From Patescibacteria group bacterium (GTDB taxonomy: Bacteria > Patescibacteriota > Patescibacteriia > Patescibacteriales > JBAZCA01), in assembly GCA_041661505.1 (NCBI GenBank), contig JBAZUF010000002.1, positions 76,201 to 140,200 of the forward strand: a stretch of DNA of 64,000 nt, given 5' to 3'. The notes beneath the pieces were generated by a model. That model worked only from the letters and a program-made list of their open reading frames with translations. It did not search any database and was not told the origin of the DNA. Positions within the stretch are counted from its first letter, which is position 1. Every line of letters starts with the position of its first letter. The position numbers were made by a program, and so were the translations under genes. Below, piece after piece: positions 13,320-21,470 of the stretch.

Positions 13320-13835
13320 ACCTGCCGGATCTTTTCGGCAGTTTGCCCTTGTCGCTGATCGCCCAACGCTCACCTTGAAAGGAGGAGATAGGAGCGGACT
13401 TGGAATTACCACCGACGAATAGGCGATGGCGATAAGGCGTAACAAGGCCTCCAGGTGGAGGCCCGGGGTTTTTGCGGGGCTTTTGTGTTTCACGGATTTA
13501 GGGGGCTGGATTATTTTGAGCCAGCCCCCGCCTACCAAAGAGATGGAGATGACCTATGAAAACGTTCTGGGGAATGCCTTGTGCATTCCAAATCGACTTG
13601 CTGGTGACGCCGCCAATGCTGTGCGTCCCCAACATGCCCGGAAAGACACGCCAGAGCCTACAGCTGGGCCATAGCGCGACCGATCACGACACTCTCAAAC
13701 CCACCAAACTCATGCGGCGGTCCGATGTCGTCATCGCGTTCACCGACGCTTCCGTGGACACCAAAAACATCGCGAATACCTTTAAGATAAAAATGTGCAG
13801 CGGATGCGGCGGGAACAGGCCGGGTCAGATCGGAA
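13320..13835. other. GC-rich, hairpin-dense stretch with no credible ORF (candidate ncRNA or decayed foreign gene)
   Basis: Strong hairpins: CTGCCG-N8-CGGCAG (13322-13342), GGCCTCCA-GG-TGGAGGCC (13446-13463), GGGGGCTGG-N11-CCAGCCCCC (13501-13529). All six frames are broken or give non-protein-like peptides. Confidence 0.5.
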
Positions 13836-14150
13836 ATGAGCGAGCTTTTAAGCTGGTGGAAAAAAAATAAAAAAAGCCGGCAACACCCCTTGGCCCTGGC
13901 CGCGGACTTTCATCAGCGCTTTGAGCTTATTCATCCCTTTTCCGACGGCAATGGCCGGGCCGGACGATTAATCTTTAATTATATCTTACTGCGGTACGGC
14001 TATCCGCCAATTCTCTTTTTATACCAAAACCGGCAATCTTATTTTAGCGCTTTAAGCCAGGCTGACGAAGGAAAAAAAAATAAATGGCACTGGCAAGTAA
14101 TTAAAGTCTACAAAGACAGCGTTAGGTGGCTTCTAAAGGAAATGGAATAA
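13836..14150 (+). CDS. Fic/DOC family protein fragment (core motif present, N-terminal half missing; probable remnant)
   Basis: [12 protein letters not shown] matches HxFx(D/E)GNGRxxR. Only about 25 aa precede it, and the in-frame upstream sequence hits a stop at 13788. Confidence 0.7.
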   Translation: MSELLSWWKKNKKSRQHPLALAADFHQRFELIHPFSDGNGRAGRLIFNYILLRYGYPPILFLYQNRQSYFSALSQADEGKKNKWHWQVIKVYKDSVRWLLKEME

Positions 14151-14165
14151 TCTAATTCTTTGCGC

Positions 14166-14194
14166 TTGACATTTATATTACGTTTTGTTATGCT
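14166..14194 (+). promoter_or_regulatory. sigma-70-like promoter giving a probably leaderless abiEi mRNA
   Basis: TTGACA (14166-14171), 17-nt spacer, TATGCT (14189-14194). The ATG lies 7 nt after the -10. Inverted repeat CTGTAC-N6-GTACAG (14193-14210) spans the start codon. Confidence 0.5.
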
Positions 14195-14200
14195 GTACAT

Positions 14201-14779
14201 ATGAGTACAGTAAAAATAAACGTAAAACAAAACCGATTTGCCTTGCTCGCCCGTCTGAATGAGGAGATTTTTCATATTGATGACTTACAAAATTTATGGA
14301 ACATTAGAGAAAAAAATACTCTCCACACTACTCTTAAAAGATATGTCGATCAGGAGCTTTTGTATAGGATTTACCGGGGTTTTTATTCCCTTAAACCGCT
14401 TGATAAAATTGACCCTTATTTATTAGGAATAAAAGCTTTGCACGGTTATGGTTATGTAAGCACGGAAACAATACTGGCTAAAGAGGGAATTATCAGCCAA
14501 AATCTTGATAAAATAACTTTAATAAGCAGCCAGTCAAGACGCTTTTCCCTGGCCGGCCGCAACTACTATTCAAGGAAGCTCGACGATAAATTCTTATTTA
14601 ATCCGGCCGGGCTTCTAGAAAAGGCTGGAGTAAAATCCGCGGCTCTGGAAAGGGCGGTCGCCGATCTTCTTTACTTTAACCCCCGCTTTCATTTTGACGG
14701 AAAAATAATGATTGACTGGAAAAAAGTTAAAAATCTCCAGAAAGAAATCGGCTATCCGCCAACCTCAAAGCGGTATTAG
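14201..14779 (+). CDS. AbiEi-like antitoxin / transcriptional regulator (type IV TA)
   Basis: 192 aa immediately upstream of an AbiEii-type nucleotidyltransferase. N-terminal wHTH-like region as recalled for the AbiEi family. Confidence 0.65.
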   Translation: MSTVKINVKQNRFALLARLNEEIFHIDDLQNLWNIREKNTLHTTLKRYVDQELLYRIYRGFYSLKPLDKIDPYLLGIKALHGYGYVSTETILAKEGIISQNLDKITLISSQSRRFSLAGRNYYSRKLDDKFLFNPAGLLEKAGVKSAALERAVADLLYFNPRFHFDGKIMIDWKKVKNLQKEIGYPPTSKRY

Positions 14780-14815
14780 AGATTTTAATAACGGCCTTCA
14801 TGCCGCTTAAAAAAT

Positions 14816-15571
14816 ATGATTTTACCGAGCTCCAAAGACGCAGTCCATAAAGCCTGGCTTTACCGCCTGCTTTCGGCCATAGCCGAAGATAGCTTTTTAA
14901 CCGGGGCTTTATATTTTAAGGGCGGAACTTGCGCGGCTATGCGCGGGCTCTTGGACCGTTTTTCCATTGACCTGGATTTTGATTTACTGGCGCGGGGAGA
15001 TGAGGCGGTAAAAGTAAGAAAAAATCTGGAAAAAATTTTTCTTAATCTCGGGCTGGAAATAAAAGATAAAAGCCGAAATGTTCCGCAATACTTCTTAAGA
15101 TATCCGGCCGGCGCCGAGGAGAGAAATACTCTTAAAATAGACATAACTACCGATCCGCCGGAAAGTAATAAGTATGAGCCAGTCCGGCTTAACGATATTG
15201 ACCGGATAATGAATTGCCAGACCGTAGAGACAATGTTTGCTAATAAGCTTGTGGCCTTAATGGACCGCTTTGAAAAAAATAACTCTATTGCCGGCCGTGA
15301 TTTATATGATATCCATTATTTTTTTCTCCGCGGTTTCCGTTATAACGATAAAGTTATCGCGGAAAGAAGAAAAACCGGGATTAAACAATTTTTTTCCTCA
15401 CTCATAAGCTTTGTAGAAAAAAATATCAGTCTTACGATTATTGATCAGGATTTAAACGTTTTACTGCCTTACGATAAATTCATTAAAATTAGAAAAAACT
15501 TAAAATCTGAAACGCTTATTTTTCTAAAAGACGAACTTAAGAGATTGGGCGAATCCAAAAATTTATCTTAA
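14816..15571 (+). CDS. AbiEii/AbiGii-family nucleotidyltransferase toxin
   Basis: Motif FKGGTCAAMRGLLDRFSIDLDFDL (GGT...R.S.DLDF). 251 aa. Confidence 0.8.
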   Translation: MILPSSKDAVHKAWLYRLLSAIAEDSFLTGALYFKGGTCAAMRGLLDRFSIDLDFDLLARGDEAVKVRKNLEKIFLNLGLEIKDKSRNVPQYFLRYPAGAEERNTLKIDITTDPPESNKYEPVRLNDIDRIMNCQTVETMFANKLVALMDRFEKNNSIAGRDLYDIHYFFLRGFRYNDKVIAERRKTGIKQFFSSLISFVEKNISLTIIDQDLNVLLPYDKFIKIRKNLKSETLIFLKDELKRLGESKNLS

Positions 15572-17155
15572 TTGCTTAACCATATAACTATCTTTCAGCC
15601 TGTACCCTTGCCTTTTATAATACCCCCTCACCCCTACCCCGGAAATTATCATCATTTTTTTGAACCCACAATTCCGAGCGATTTTTTCCGCTTCCATTAA
15701 CAATTTCTTTCCTAAGCCGGCATGCTGTACCTGGCCTTCTTTGCCGATTTGGGTTAATTCGCCGTAGACATGTAATTCGCGGATCATGGCCGAATTAAAA
15801 ATTCCATTATTCTCGCCCGACAATCTTAACCGGCAAAACCCATAAAGCGTTTTTTTGTCTTTTGAATCAGCGCTTAAAAAATATTCTTCTCCGCCCGAAG
15901 CCTTGTATTTAATAACATTTAATTTCCAGGCTTTTGCCGGCCGCTCTTTAGCTTCCCGACAGCGGATGCAATGGCACTCCACGCCTAAGTCTTTCATAAT
16001 CTGCCGCAAATTAGTAATTTTATTGCCAGCCATGATTGATTCCCCTGGAATGTCGCGGATCAGGCGGATAATACGCACGTAAGGCGGAACAGCTTTTTTG
16101 CAGTCAATGATCAGCTGGCGCAAAACTTTATCCGAATAGGGTTTGTATTTTCCCTGTTTCCACCATTTATATAATAAACTGCCGCGCGTTACCACGGTCG
16201 GGTAAAATTTAATCTGGTCTGGCTGGAATCGCGCGTCGCAAAACAGCCTCTTGAACATTGCTAAATCTTTTTTAGCGGTCGATCCAGGAAGCCCGGGCAT
16301 TAAATGATAAGTTACTTTAAAGCCAAAATCTTTTAGTAGCTTTGTCGCTTTAGCTATTTCCGCGACGCCATGGCCGCGCTTATTTTGTTTTAAAATTTTA
16401 TCATCAATCGCCTGGACGCCAAGCTCCACCCGGGTGCATCCGAGTGCGCGCATCTCCCATAACTCTTTTTCATTTATATAATCTGGCCGGGTTTCTAGGG
16501 TCAGCCCGATAATATTATATCCAGCTTTCTCGTTTTTCTTTTGCTCTTTTTCCAGATCGGCTTTCAGCCTAGATAACTGAAGTTTTGAATTGAATTTTTT
16601 TTCTGTTTTATTTAACGTCTTCTGTCCGCTATATTCATTCGCCGCCCTGAAGCACTCTTTGGTATACCAATATTTGTAGTTTACGGGCAATACGCTCCAG
16701 GTTCCGCCGATAACAATGATCTCAATTTTAGTTGGATTATGTCCGTTGGCTTCCAAAGCGCGTAGGCGCAGCTGAACTTGCAGATAAGGATTATAGTCGC
16801 ACCGGATCGCCCGCATTACGGCTGGTTCATTCGATAGATAGCTTTGGGGGACGTTTTTTTCCGTCGGGCAATAGGCGCATTTACCCGGACAAGGATAAGG
16901 CATAGTTAGAACCGCTACTGGCGCGATCCCGGACATGGTCCTTACCGCCCGTTTACGCAGCAGGCGTTTTAACATGACATGTTTGACTCCGCTATTTCGC
17001 AACTCATTTAATATATCGGAATTTTTTAGTATCGGCATTCCGAACATTTTGGAAATTTTCCTTTTAGCCAGCATTAAATCCGCCTGATTTTTTATATCAG
17101 AATTATCCAGTAGATATTTTACGATTTCCTTTTTATTGGTCTCTGCCTTTGACAT
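15563..17155 (-). CDS. ELP3-like radical SAM / GNAT acetyltransferase (tRNA U34 carboxymethyluridine synthase homologue)
   Basis: CPGKCAYCP (CxxxCxxC radical SAM cluster) plus a C-terminal GNAT region (QHAGLGKKLLMEAEKIA). 530 aa. Overlaps abiEii by 9 nt, convergently. Confidence 0.85.
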   Translation of the reverse strand: MSKAETNKKEIVKYLLDNSDIKNQADLMLAKRKISKMFGMPILKNSDILNELRNSGVKHVMLKRLLRKRAVRTMSGIAPVAVLTMPYPCPGKCAYCPTEKNVPQSYLSNEPAVMRAIRCDYNPYLQVQLRLRALEANGHNPTKIEIIVIGGTWSVLPVNYKYWYTKECFRAANEYSGQKTLNKTEKKFNSKLQLSRLKADLEKEQKKNEKAGYNIIGLTLETRPDYINEKELWEMRALGCTRVELGVQAIDDKILKQNKRGHGVAEIAKATKLLKDFGFKVTYHLMPGLPGSTAKKDLAMFKRLFCDARFQPDQIKFYPTVVTRGSLLYKWWKQGKYKPYSDKVLRQLIIDCKKAVPPYVRIIRLIRDIPGESIMAGNKITNLRQIMKDLGVECHCIRCREAKERPAKAWKLNVIKYKASGGEEYFLSADSKDKKTLYGFCRLRLSGENNGIFNSAMIRELHVYGELTQIGKEGQVQHAGLGKKLLMEAEKIARNCGFKKMMIISGVGVRGYYKRQGYRLKDSYMVKQLR

Positions 17156-17211
17156 ATCCTAAATTAATGCCCATAATTACTTAAAACCGTTGCTATTTTA
17201 AATGAAAGGGG

Positions 17212-17427
17212 GTGAGTTTCTTGGCAAGGAGAAAGGAAAATTTTTGCAGAAAAAGGGGGACGCCAGCGGTAAATAACTGTTTGGCTACAGAGCCTGGTTT
17301 CATAGGCTCCTGCGTTCACGCTGATCACTACAAAAAGGGCAGGAAATTCTGCTTCTGGCGTATCGAAGGGGAAAACAGCACACTCTGTCTTTCCCCAGAC
17401 GCTGAAAAAGCCGCCGCCCTTGCATAA
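17212..17427 (+). CDS. hypothetical small basic Cys-containing protein (68-71 aa) or part of a structured sRNA
   Basis: ORF preceded by AAAGGGGG. An in-frame TTG at 17221 has better spacing. Followed by a strong terminator. No family recognised. Confidence 0.3.
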   Translation: MSFLARRKENFCRKRGTPAVNNCLATEPGFIGSCVHADHYKKGRKFCFWRIEGENSTLCLSPDAEKAAALA

Positions 17428-17446
17428 CGCAAGGAATCACGTCATA

Positions 17447-17480
17447 GGCCGGGCACCTCAAAGCCCGGTCTTCTTTTTTT
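17447..17480 (+). terminator. rho-independent terminator
   Basis: GGCCGGGC-N8-GCCCGGTC followed by TTCTTTTTTT. Confidence 0.8.
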
Positions 17481-17482
17481 CA

Positions 17483-17511
17483 TTGATTTTTAATCTGCTT
17501 ATTGCTAAGAT
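17483..17511 (+). promoter_or_regulatory. candidate promoter for the 17615 gene
   Basis: TTGATT, 17-nt spacer, TAAGAT. Followed by a structured leader (GCTTTTCC...GGAAAACAGC). Confidence 0.35.
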
Positions 17512-17614
17512 AAAGGCAAATAAGCTCATGCTTTTCCTGACGGCCATTCCTGGCCCAGCCGGGAAAACAGCATCTTAACTTCTTTAAATATTCTTATAAT
17601 TAAACCATAAAATT

Positions 17615-18754
17615 ATGAGAAAATCAATATTAGCGCTAACTCTGTTTTTTGCCTTTTTTCTTGTCCTGCCGATTAAGGCCTCGGCCTATGAATTAAAGAA
17701 AGGGGACGCGGTTACCATCCCTAAAGACCAGATTATAAACGACAACCTTTACGTCGCCGGGTCAAGCATTACGATTGAAGGCCGGATCCGGGGAGACGTC
17801 TTTTGCGTCGGCCAAAACATTAATATCAAGGGGCCGGTTGAAGGCTCGGTTTTTTGCGCCGGGCAGTCGATTAACCTGGACGGCCCGGTTTCCGGTTCAG
17901 TCCGCGTTGCCGGCAATACGGTTAATATTAATAGCATAGTCGGCCAAAACGTTGATGTTTTTGGCGCGGCTGTTAATTTGGGAAGTAACGCCAAAGTCGG
18001 CTGGGATATGCTAATCGGCGCCGCGGGCGCTAATATAGACGGCCAAATCGGTAAAGATCTGCACGGCGGCGGAGCTAACGTAATTATTAACGGCAAAGTC
18101 GGGAAAAACGTCAATTTAGCTTTGGGTGAAAAGAATTCCAGCCTAACCTTGGGCGACAATGCGGAAATTAAAGGAAACCTTACCTATAAAGCGCAAAAAG
18201 ACGCGTCTATTTCTTCCAAGGCTAAAGTCGCCGGCAAAACAGAGAGAAAGGAATATAATAAAGGCGACTGGCAAGGGAGGGCCGTTGGCCGAATCGTCGT
18301 CTGGGGTCTTTTATTCTCCATCTTCTCGGCCATCCTCATCGGCTTGGTCTTAATCGGCTTATTTAAAAAACCGGTTATAACAATAAGCGGCGTGATGCAG
18401 GAAAAAATCTCTTCTTCAATCGGCATAGGTTTTTTGACTATAATTTTAGGTCCAATCGCGTTAATCCTTCTTGCCCTAACAGTGGTCGGCATCCCCTTGG
18501 CTTTAATTTTGCTGGCCCTTTGGCTTATCTCGTTGGCGGTCAGTAAAGTAATGGCCGGAATTTTCATCGGCCGGATCTTAATCCAAAAATATTGGCCGGC
18601 GAAAAAGGATTCCCTAACCTGGCAGATGATTATCGGTATCCTCATCTTTACCCTGATTGCCATTATTCCGTTTATCGGCTGGCTCTTGGCTTTCATCGCC
18701 GTCTGCTGGGCCTTTGGCGGTATGCTAATCGCCTATAGAAAATCCCGAGCTTAG
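17615..18754 (+). CDS. membrane protein with bactofilin-like (polymer-forming, beta-helical) repeats
   Basis: N-terminal signal/TM segment, repeated G-x-V/I-x-G units (GDVFCVGQNINIKGPVEGSVFCAGQSINLDG...), and a C-terminal block of TM helices. Confidence 0.7.
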   Translation: MRKSILALTLFFAFFLVLPIKASAYELKKGDAVTIPKDQIINDNLYVAGSSITIEGRIRGDVFCVGQNINIKGPVEGSVFCAGQSINLDGPVSGSVRVAGNTVNINSIVGQNVDVFGAAVNLGSNAKVGWDMLIGAAGANIDGQIGKDLHGGGANVIINGKVGKNVNLALGEKNSSLTLGDNAEIKGNLTYKAQKDASISSKAKVAGKTERKEYNKGDWQGRAVGRIVVWGLLFSIFSAILIGLVLIGLFKKPVITISGVMQEKISSSIGIGFLTIILGPIALILLALTVVGIPLALILLALWLISLAVSKVMAGIFIGRILIQKYWPAKKDSLTWQMIIGILIFTLIAIIPFIGWLLAFIAVCWAFGGMLIAYRKSRA

Positions 18755-18767
18755 AAATTTAGTTCAT

Positions 18768-18814
18768 AAAATCCCCGTCCTCCGCCCGAAGCTCGGGCGG
18801 ACGGGCGGGGATTT
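18768..18814 (+). repeat. long GC-rich palindromic hairpin (probable terminator; related to the CCGCCCGAA palindrome family)
   Basis: Inner stem CCGCCCGA-AGC-TCGGGCGG and outer stem CCCCGTCC/GGACGGGCGGGG with flanking AAAT/ATTT. Lies 14 nt after the stop codon. Confidence 0.7.
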
Positions 18815-18868
18815 GCATTTAGCCTTTTATTCGTGTAAATTTAGAATATTGAAGTTAACTATATTCGT

Positions 18869-20248
18869 ATGAAAATCAATCCGGGAATTTTCAAAGCTTA
18901 CGATATCCGCGGCGTTTACGGAAAAGATTTTGACGAGGAGCTCGGGCTAAGACTGGGCGCGCAATTTGTCCAAATGAGGAAAAAAGAGCTTAGGAAAGAA
19001 AAGCTCCAGATCGTTGTCGGCATGGACATGCGGATTTCTTCTCCGGCGATTAAAGAAAAGCTGATCCAGGGCATTATCGGCGCCGGGGCGGACGTTATTG
19101 ATATTGGCCTCGCTTCCACTCCGACCTTTTATTTTGCCGTAGCTAATTACGGCTATGACGGCGGAATTTTAGTTTCGGCTTCGCACAACCCGGCCGAATA
19201 TAACGGCTTTAAAATGGTACGTGAAAGGGCGATTCCGGTTTCCGGCGATTCCGGGATATATGAATTAAGAGATAAAATAATGGCGTCGGCCGATAATCCG
19301 GTTGAAAGCGTCCTAGAGGAGAATAAGGGCAAGGTGGTTTTAAAAAATGAAGTTTTAGCCGATCAGGTTAAGCATGATTTAGCTTTTTGCCGCTCGCCGA
19401 AAATCAAGCGTTTTAAAATAATGATTGATCCGGCCAATTCAATGGGCGCGCAGTACTTTGACGAATTATTTAAGTATATTGATACTAATTTGGTCCGCAT
19501 AAACTGGGAATTAGACGGATCTTTTCCGGCCCATGAAGCCGACCCCTATAAGGAGGAAAACCTTATCCAAATTTCTAAAAAAATAGTTGAAGAAAAAGCC
19601 GATTTAGGCATCGCCACCGACGGCGACGGCGACCGGATATTTTTTATTGACGACCAGGGAGTAACCGTCGAACCGGGAATTGTCCGGGCAATACTTTCAA
19701 AAATATTTTTACGGGATAATCCGGGCGCGAAAATTTGCTACGACATCCGGCCGGGCCGTATCACGCAAGACACAATCACGGAAAACGGCGGCGTGCCCGT
19801 TGTCACCAAAGTCGGCCATTCGTTAATTAAGGAACAGGGAATAAAAGAGAACGCGGTTTTTGCCGGCGAATCTTCCGGGCACTATTACACCAAAATGGAA
19901 TTTGGCTTTTTCGACACTCCGCTCATTGCCACCCTGCTAATCTTAAAAGAATTGTCTGATTTTGACCGGCCACTGTCCGAATATATAAGACCCTTTAAAA
20001 GATATTTCCATTCGACTGAAATTAATTCTAAAGTGGCGAGCGTTCCGGCGGTTTTGGAAAAAATAAAGGAGCTTTATAAAGACGCGCGGATTAATGAGCT
20101 GGACGGTGTTACTATTGAATACGACGACTGGTGGTTTAATGTCCGCGGGTCTAACACCGAGCCAGTCATCCGCTTAAATCTTGAGGCTAGGTCAATAGAG
20201 CTGATGGAAAATAAGCGGGACGAGGTATTGAGAATAATCCGCGGTTAA
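18869..20248 (+). CDS. phosphomannomutase/phosphoglucomutase family protein
   Basis: Active-site SASHNPAEYNGFK and metal loop DGDGDR. 459 aa. Confidence 0.9.
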   Translation: MKINPGIFKAYDIRGVYGKDFDEELGLRLGAQFVQMRKKELRKEKLQIVVGMDMRISSPAIKEKLIQGIIGAGADVIDIGLASTPTFYFAVANYGYDGGILVSASHNPAEYNGFKMVRERAIPVSGDSGIYELRDKIMASADNPVESVLEENKGKVVLKNEVLADQVKHDLAFCRSPKIKRFKIMIDPANSMGAQYFDELFKYIDTNLVRINWELDGSFPAHEADPYKEENLIQISKKIVEEKADLGIATDGDGDRIFFIDDQGVTVEPGIVRAILSKIFLRDNPGAKICYDIRPGRITQDTITENGGVPVVTKVGHSLIKEQGIKENAVFAGESSGHYYTKMEFGFFDTPLIATLLILKELSDFDRPLSEYIRPFKRYFHSTEINSKVASVPAVLEKIKELYKDARINELDGVTIEYDDWWFNVRGSNTEPVIRLNLEARSIELMENKRDEVLRIIRG

Positions 20249-20284
20249 AATATCCGAGCGCGTTATTAATAACAGAATCATGCC

Positions 20285-21055
20285 ATGAGCACTCTTCACG
20301 CCCTTATCTTCGGTTTAGTCGAAGGCATTACCGAGTTCTTGCCAATTTCTTCGACCGGCCATCTAATGCTTACTTCCATAGTTTTGGGCCTTACCCAAAC
20401 TGACTTTTTAAAAACCTTTGAAATCTCTATCCAATTAGGCGCTATCCTTTCGGTAGTCGTCCTTTACTGGCGCCGTCTCCTTACCAACTGGGAAGTGATG
20501 AAGCGGATTGCGATGGCTTTCATCCCGACCGGAATTATCGGATTTTTCGTTTATAAGACCGTAAAAAATTTACTTTCCAATATTTCTATTGTCCCTTGGA
20601 CGCTTCTTATCGGCGGAATCCTTCTTATCATTTTTGAACTTTGGCATAAAAAAAGGCCAGAGGTTTCGGAACAAAAGTTAGAAGACATCTCTTACGCCAA
20701 ATATTTTCTGGTTGGCGTTATCCAGTCGGTTTCCATGATCCCGGGCGTATCCCGCTCAGCCGCCACGATTATCGGCGGACTGGGTTTGGGCTTTAGCCGG
20801 AAAAATATCGTGGAATTTTCTTTTCTTTTAGCCGTCCCGACTGTCCTCGCCGCCACCGGCTACGACTTATTAAAAAATGCCAGCGCTTTTTCCGCTTCCC
20901 AATTCAACTCCCTGGCTATCGGTTTTGTCGCGTCATTCATCACCGCCTTACTTGCCATAAAATTCTTAATGAGTTATATCCAAAAACACAGTTTTATCGC
21001 TTTTGGAATTTACCGGATTGCCATTGCCATATTATTTTTATTGGCCATCCTCTAA
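20285..21055 (+). CDS. uppP: undecaprenyl-diphosphate phosphatase
   Basis: BacA/UppP N-terminus (GLVEGITEFLPISSTGH). Polytopic, 256 aa. Confidence 0.95.
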   Translation: MSTLHALIFGLVEGITEFLPISSTGHLMLTSIVLGLTQTDFLKTFEISIQLGAILSVVVLYWRRLLTNWEVMKRIAMAFIPTGIIGFFVYKTVKNLLSNISIVPWTLLIGGILLIIFELWHKKRPEVSEQKLEDISYAKYFLVGVIQSVSMIPGVSRSAATIIGGLGLGFSRKNIVEFSFLLAVPTVLAATGYDLLKNASAFSASQFNSLAIGFVASFITALLAIKFLMSYIQKHSFIAFGIYRIAIAILFLLAIL

Positions 21056-21088
21056 TTTATTAATTTCACTTAACGGGCAAGCAGTACT

Positions 21089-21400
21089 ATGAACAAAACT
21101 AACTGCTGGGAACTTTTACAATGCGGCCGCGAGCCGGGCGGCTTAAAAGTCCATGAGCTTGGCTATTGTCCAGTGGCCCAGGACGGGATTGGCGAGGGAA
21201 TTAACGGCGGCCAAAACCGGGGCCGGATTTGCTGGGCCGTAGCCGGAACCTTTTGCGGGGGCGTTGTCCAGGGAACCTTTGCCAAGAAGAGAGAAACTTG
21301 CGCTCTGTGCCCGCATTATTTAATGGTGCAGGATGAGGAGGGTAAAAATTTTATCAAACTTTTACCTGGCCAGAAAGATACCAAAAATAGAAAATTATAA
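21089..21400 (+). CDS. small cysteine-rich protein resembling the two-CW domain family
   Basis: NCWELLQCGREPGG, RICWAVAGTFCGG and CALCPHY. Seven Cys in 103 aa. The family assignment is from memory of the motif only. Confidence 0.5.
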   Translation: MNKTNCWELLQCGREPGGLKVHELGYCPVAQDGIGEGINGGQNRGRICWAVAGTFCGGVVQGTFAKKRETCALCPHYLMVQDEEGKNFIKLLPGQKDTKNRKL

Positions 21401-21442
21401 CCTGCCTTCGCGGTTTGAATTTAAAATCTTACGTACCAAAAA

Positions 21443-21469
21443 CCCCTCAAAAAATGAGGGGATTTTTTT
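21443..21469 (+). terminator. rho-independent terminator
   Basis: CCCCTCA-AAAAA-TGAGGGG followed by T7. Confidence 0.85.
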
Positions 21470-21470
21470 G

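Noticed and set aside
13300-13835. tmRNA, RNase P RNA, SRP RNA or group II intron in the GC-rich hairpin region
   Set aside because: None of the diagnostic sequences was found: no tRNA-like GGTTCGA T-arm or CCA end, no GGAAAGTCC or ACAGAA RNase P core, no SRP GGAA/AGCA motif pair, and no domain V-like sequence. No reverse transcriptase gene is nearby. Only a covariance-model scan can settle this.
13185-13870. ORFs 13185-13538(-), 13426-13674(+) and 13556-13870(+) as real genes, or as the missing Fic N-terminus
   Set aside because: They overlap one another, lack convincing start contexts and show no recognisable motif. None contains the expected Fic N-terminal pattern. The frame continuous with the Fic core hits a stop at 13788. 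They are kept only as part of the unexplained GC-rich region.
17200-17446. Known riboswitch classes (cobalamin, SAM, c-di-GMP, guanidine, purine) in the structured regions at 17200-17446 and 47814-47968
   Set aside because: I recognised no core consensus of these classes by eye. The 17.2 kb unit ends in a full terminator about 135 nt before the next gene's own promoter. This is not excluded without an Rfam scan.
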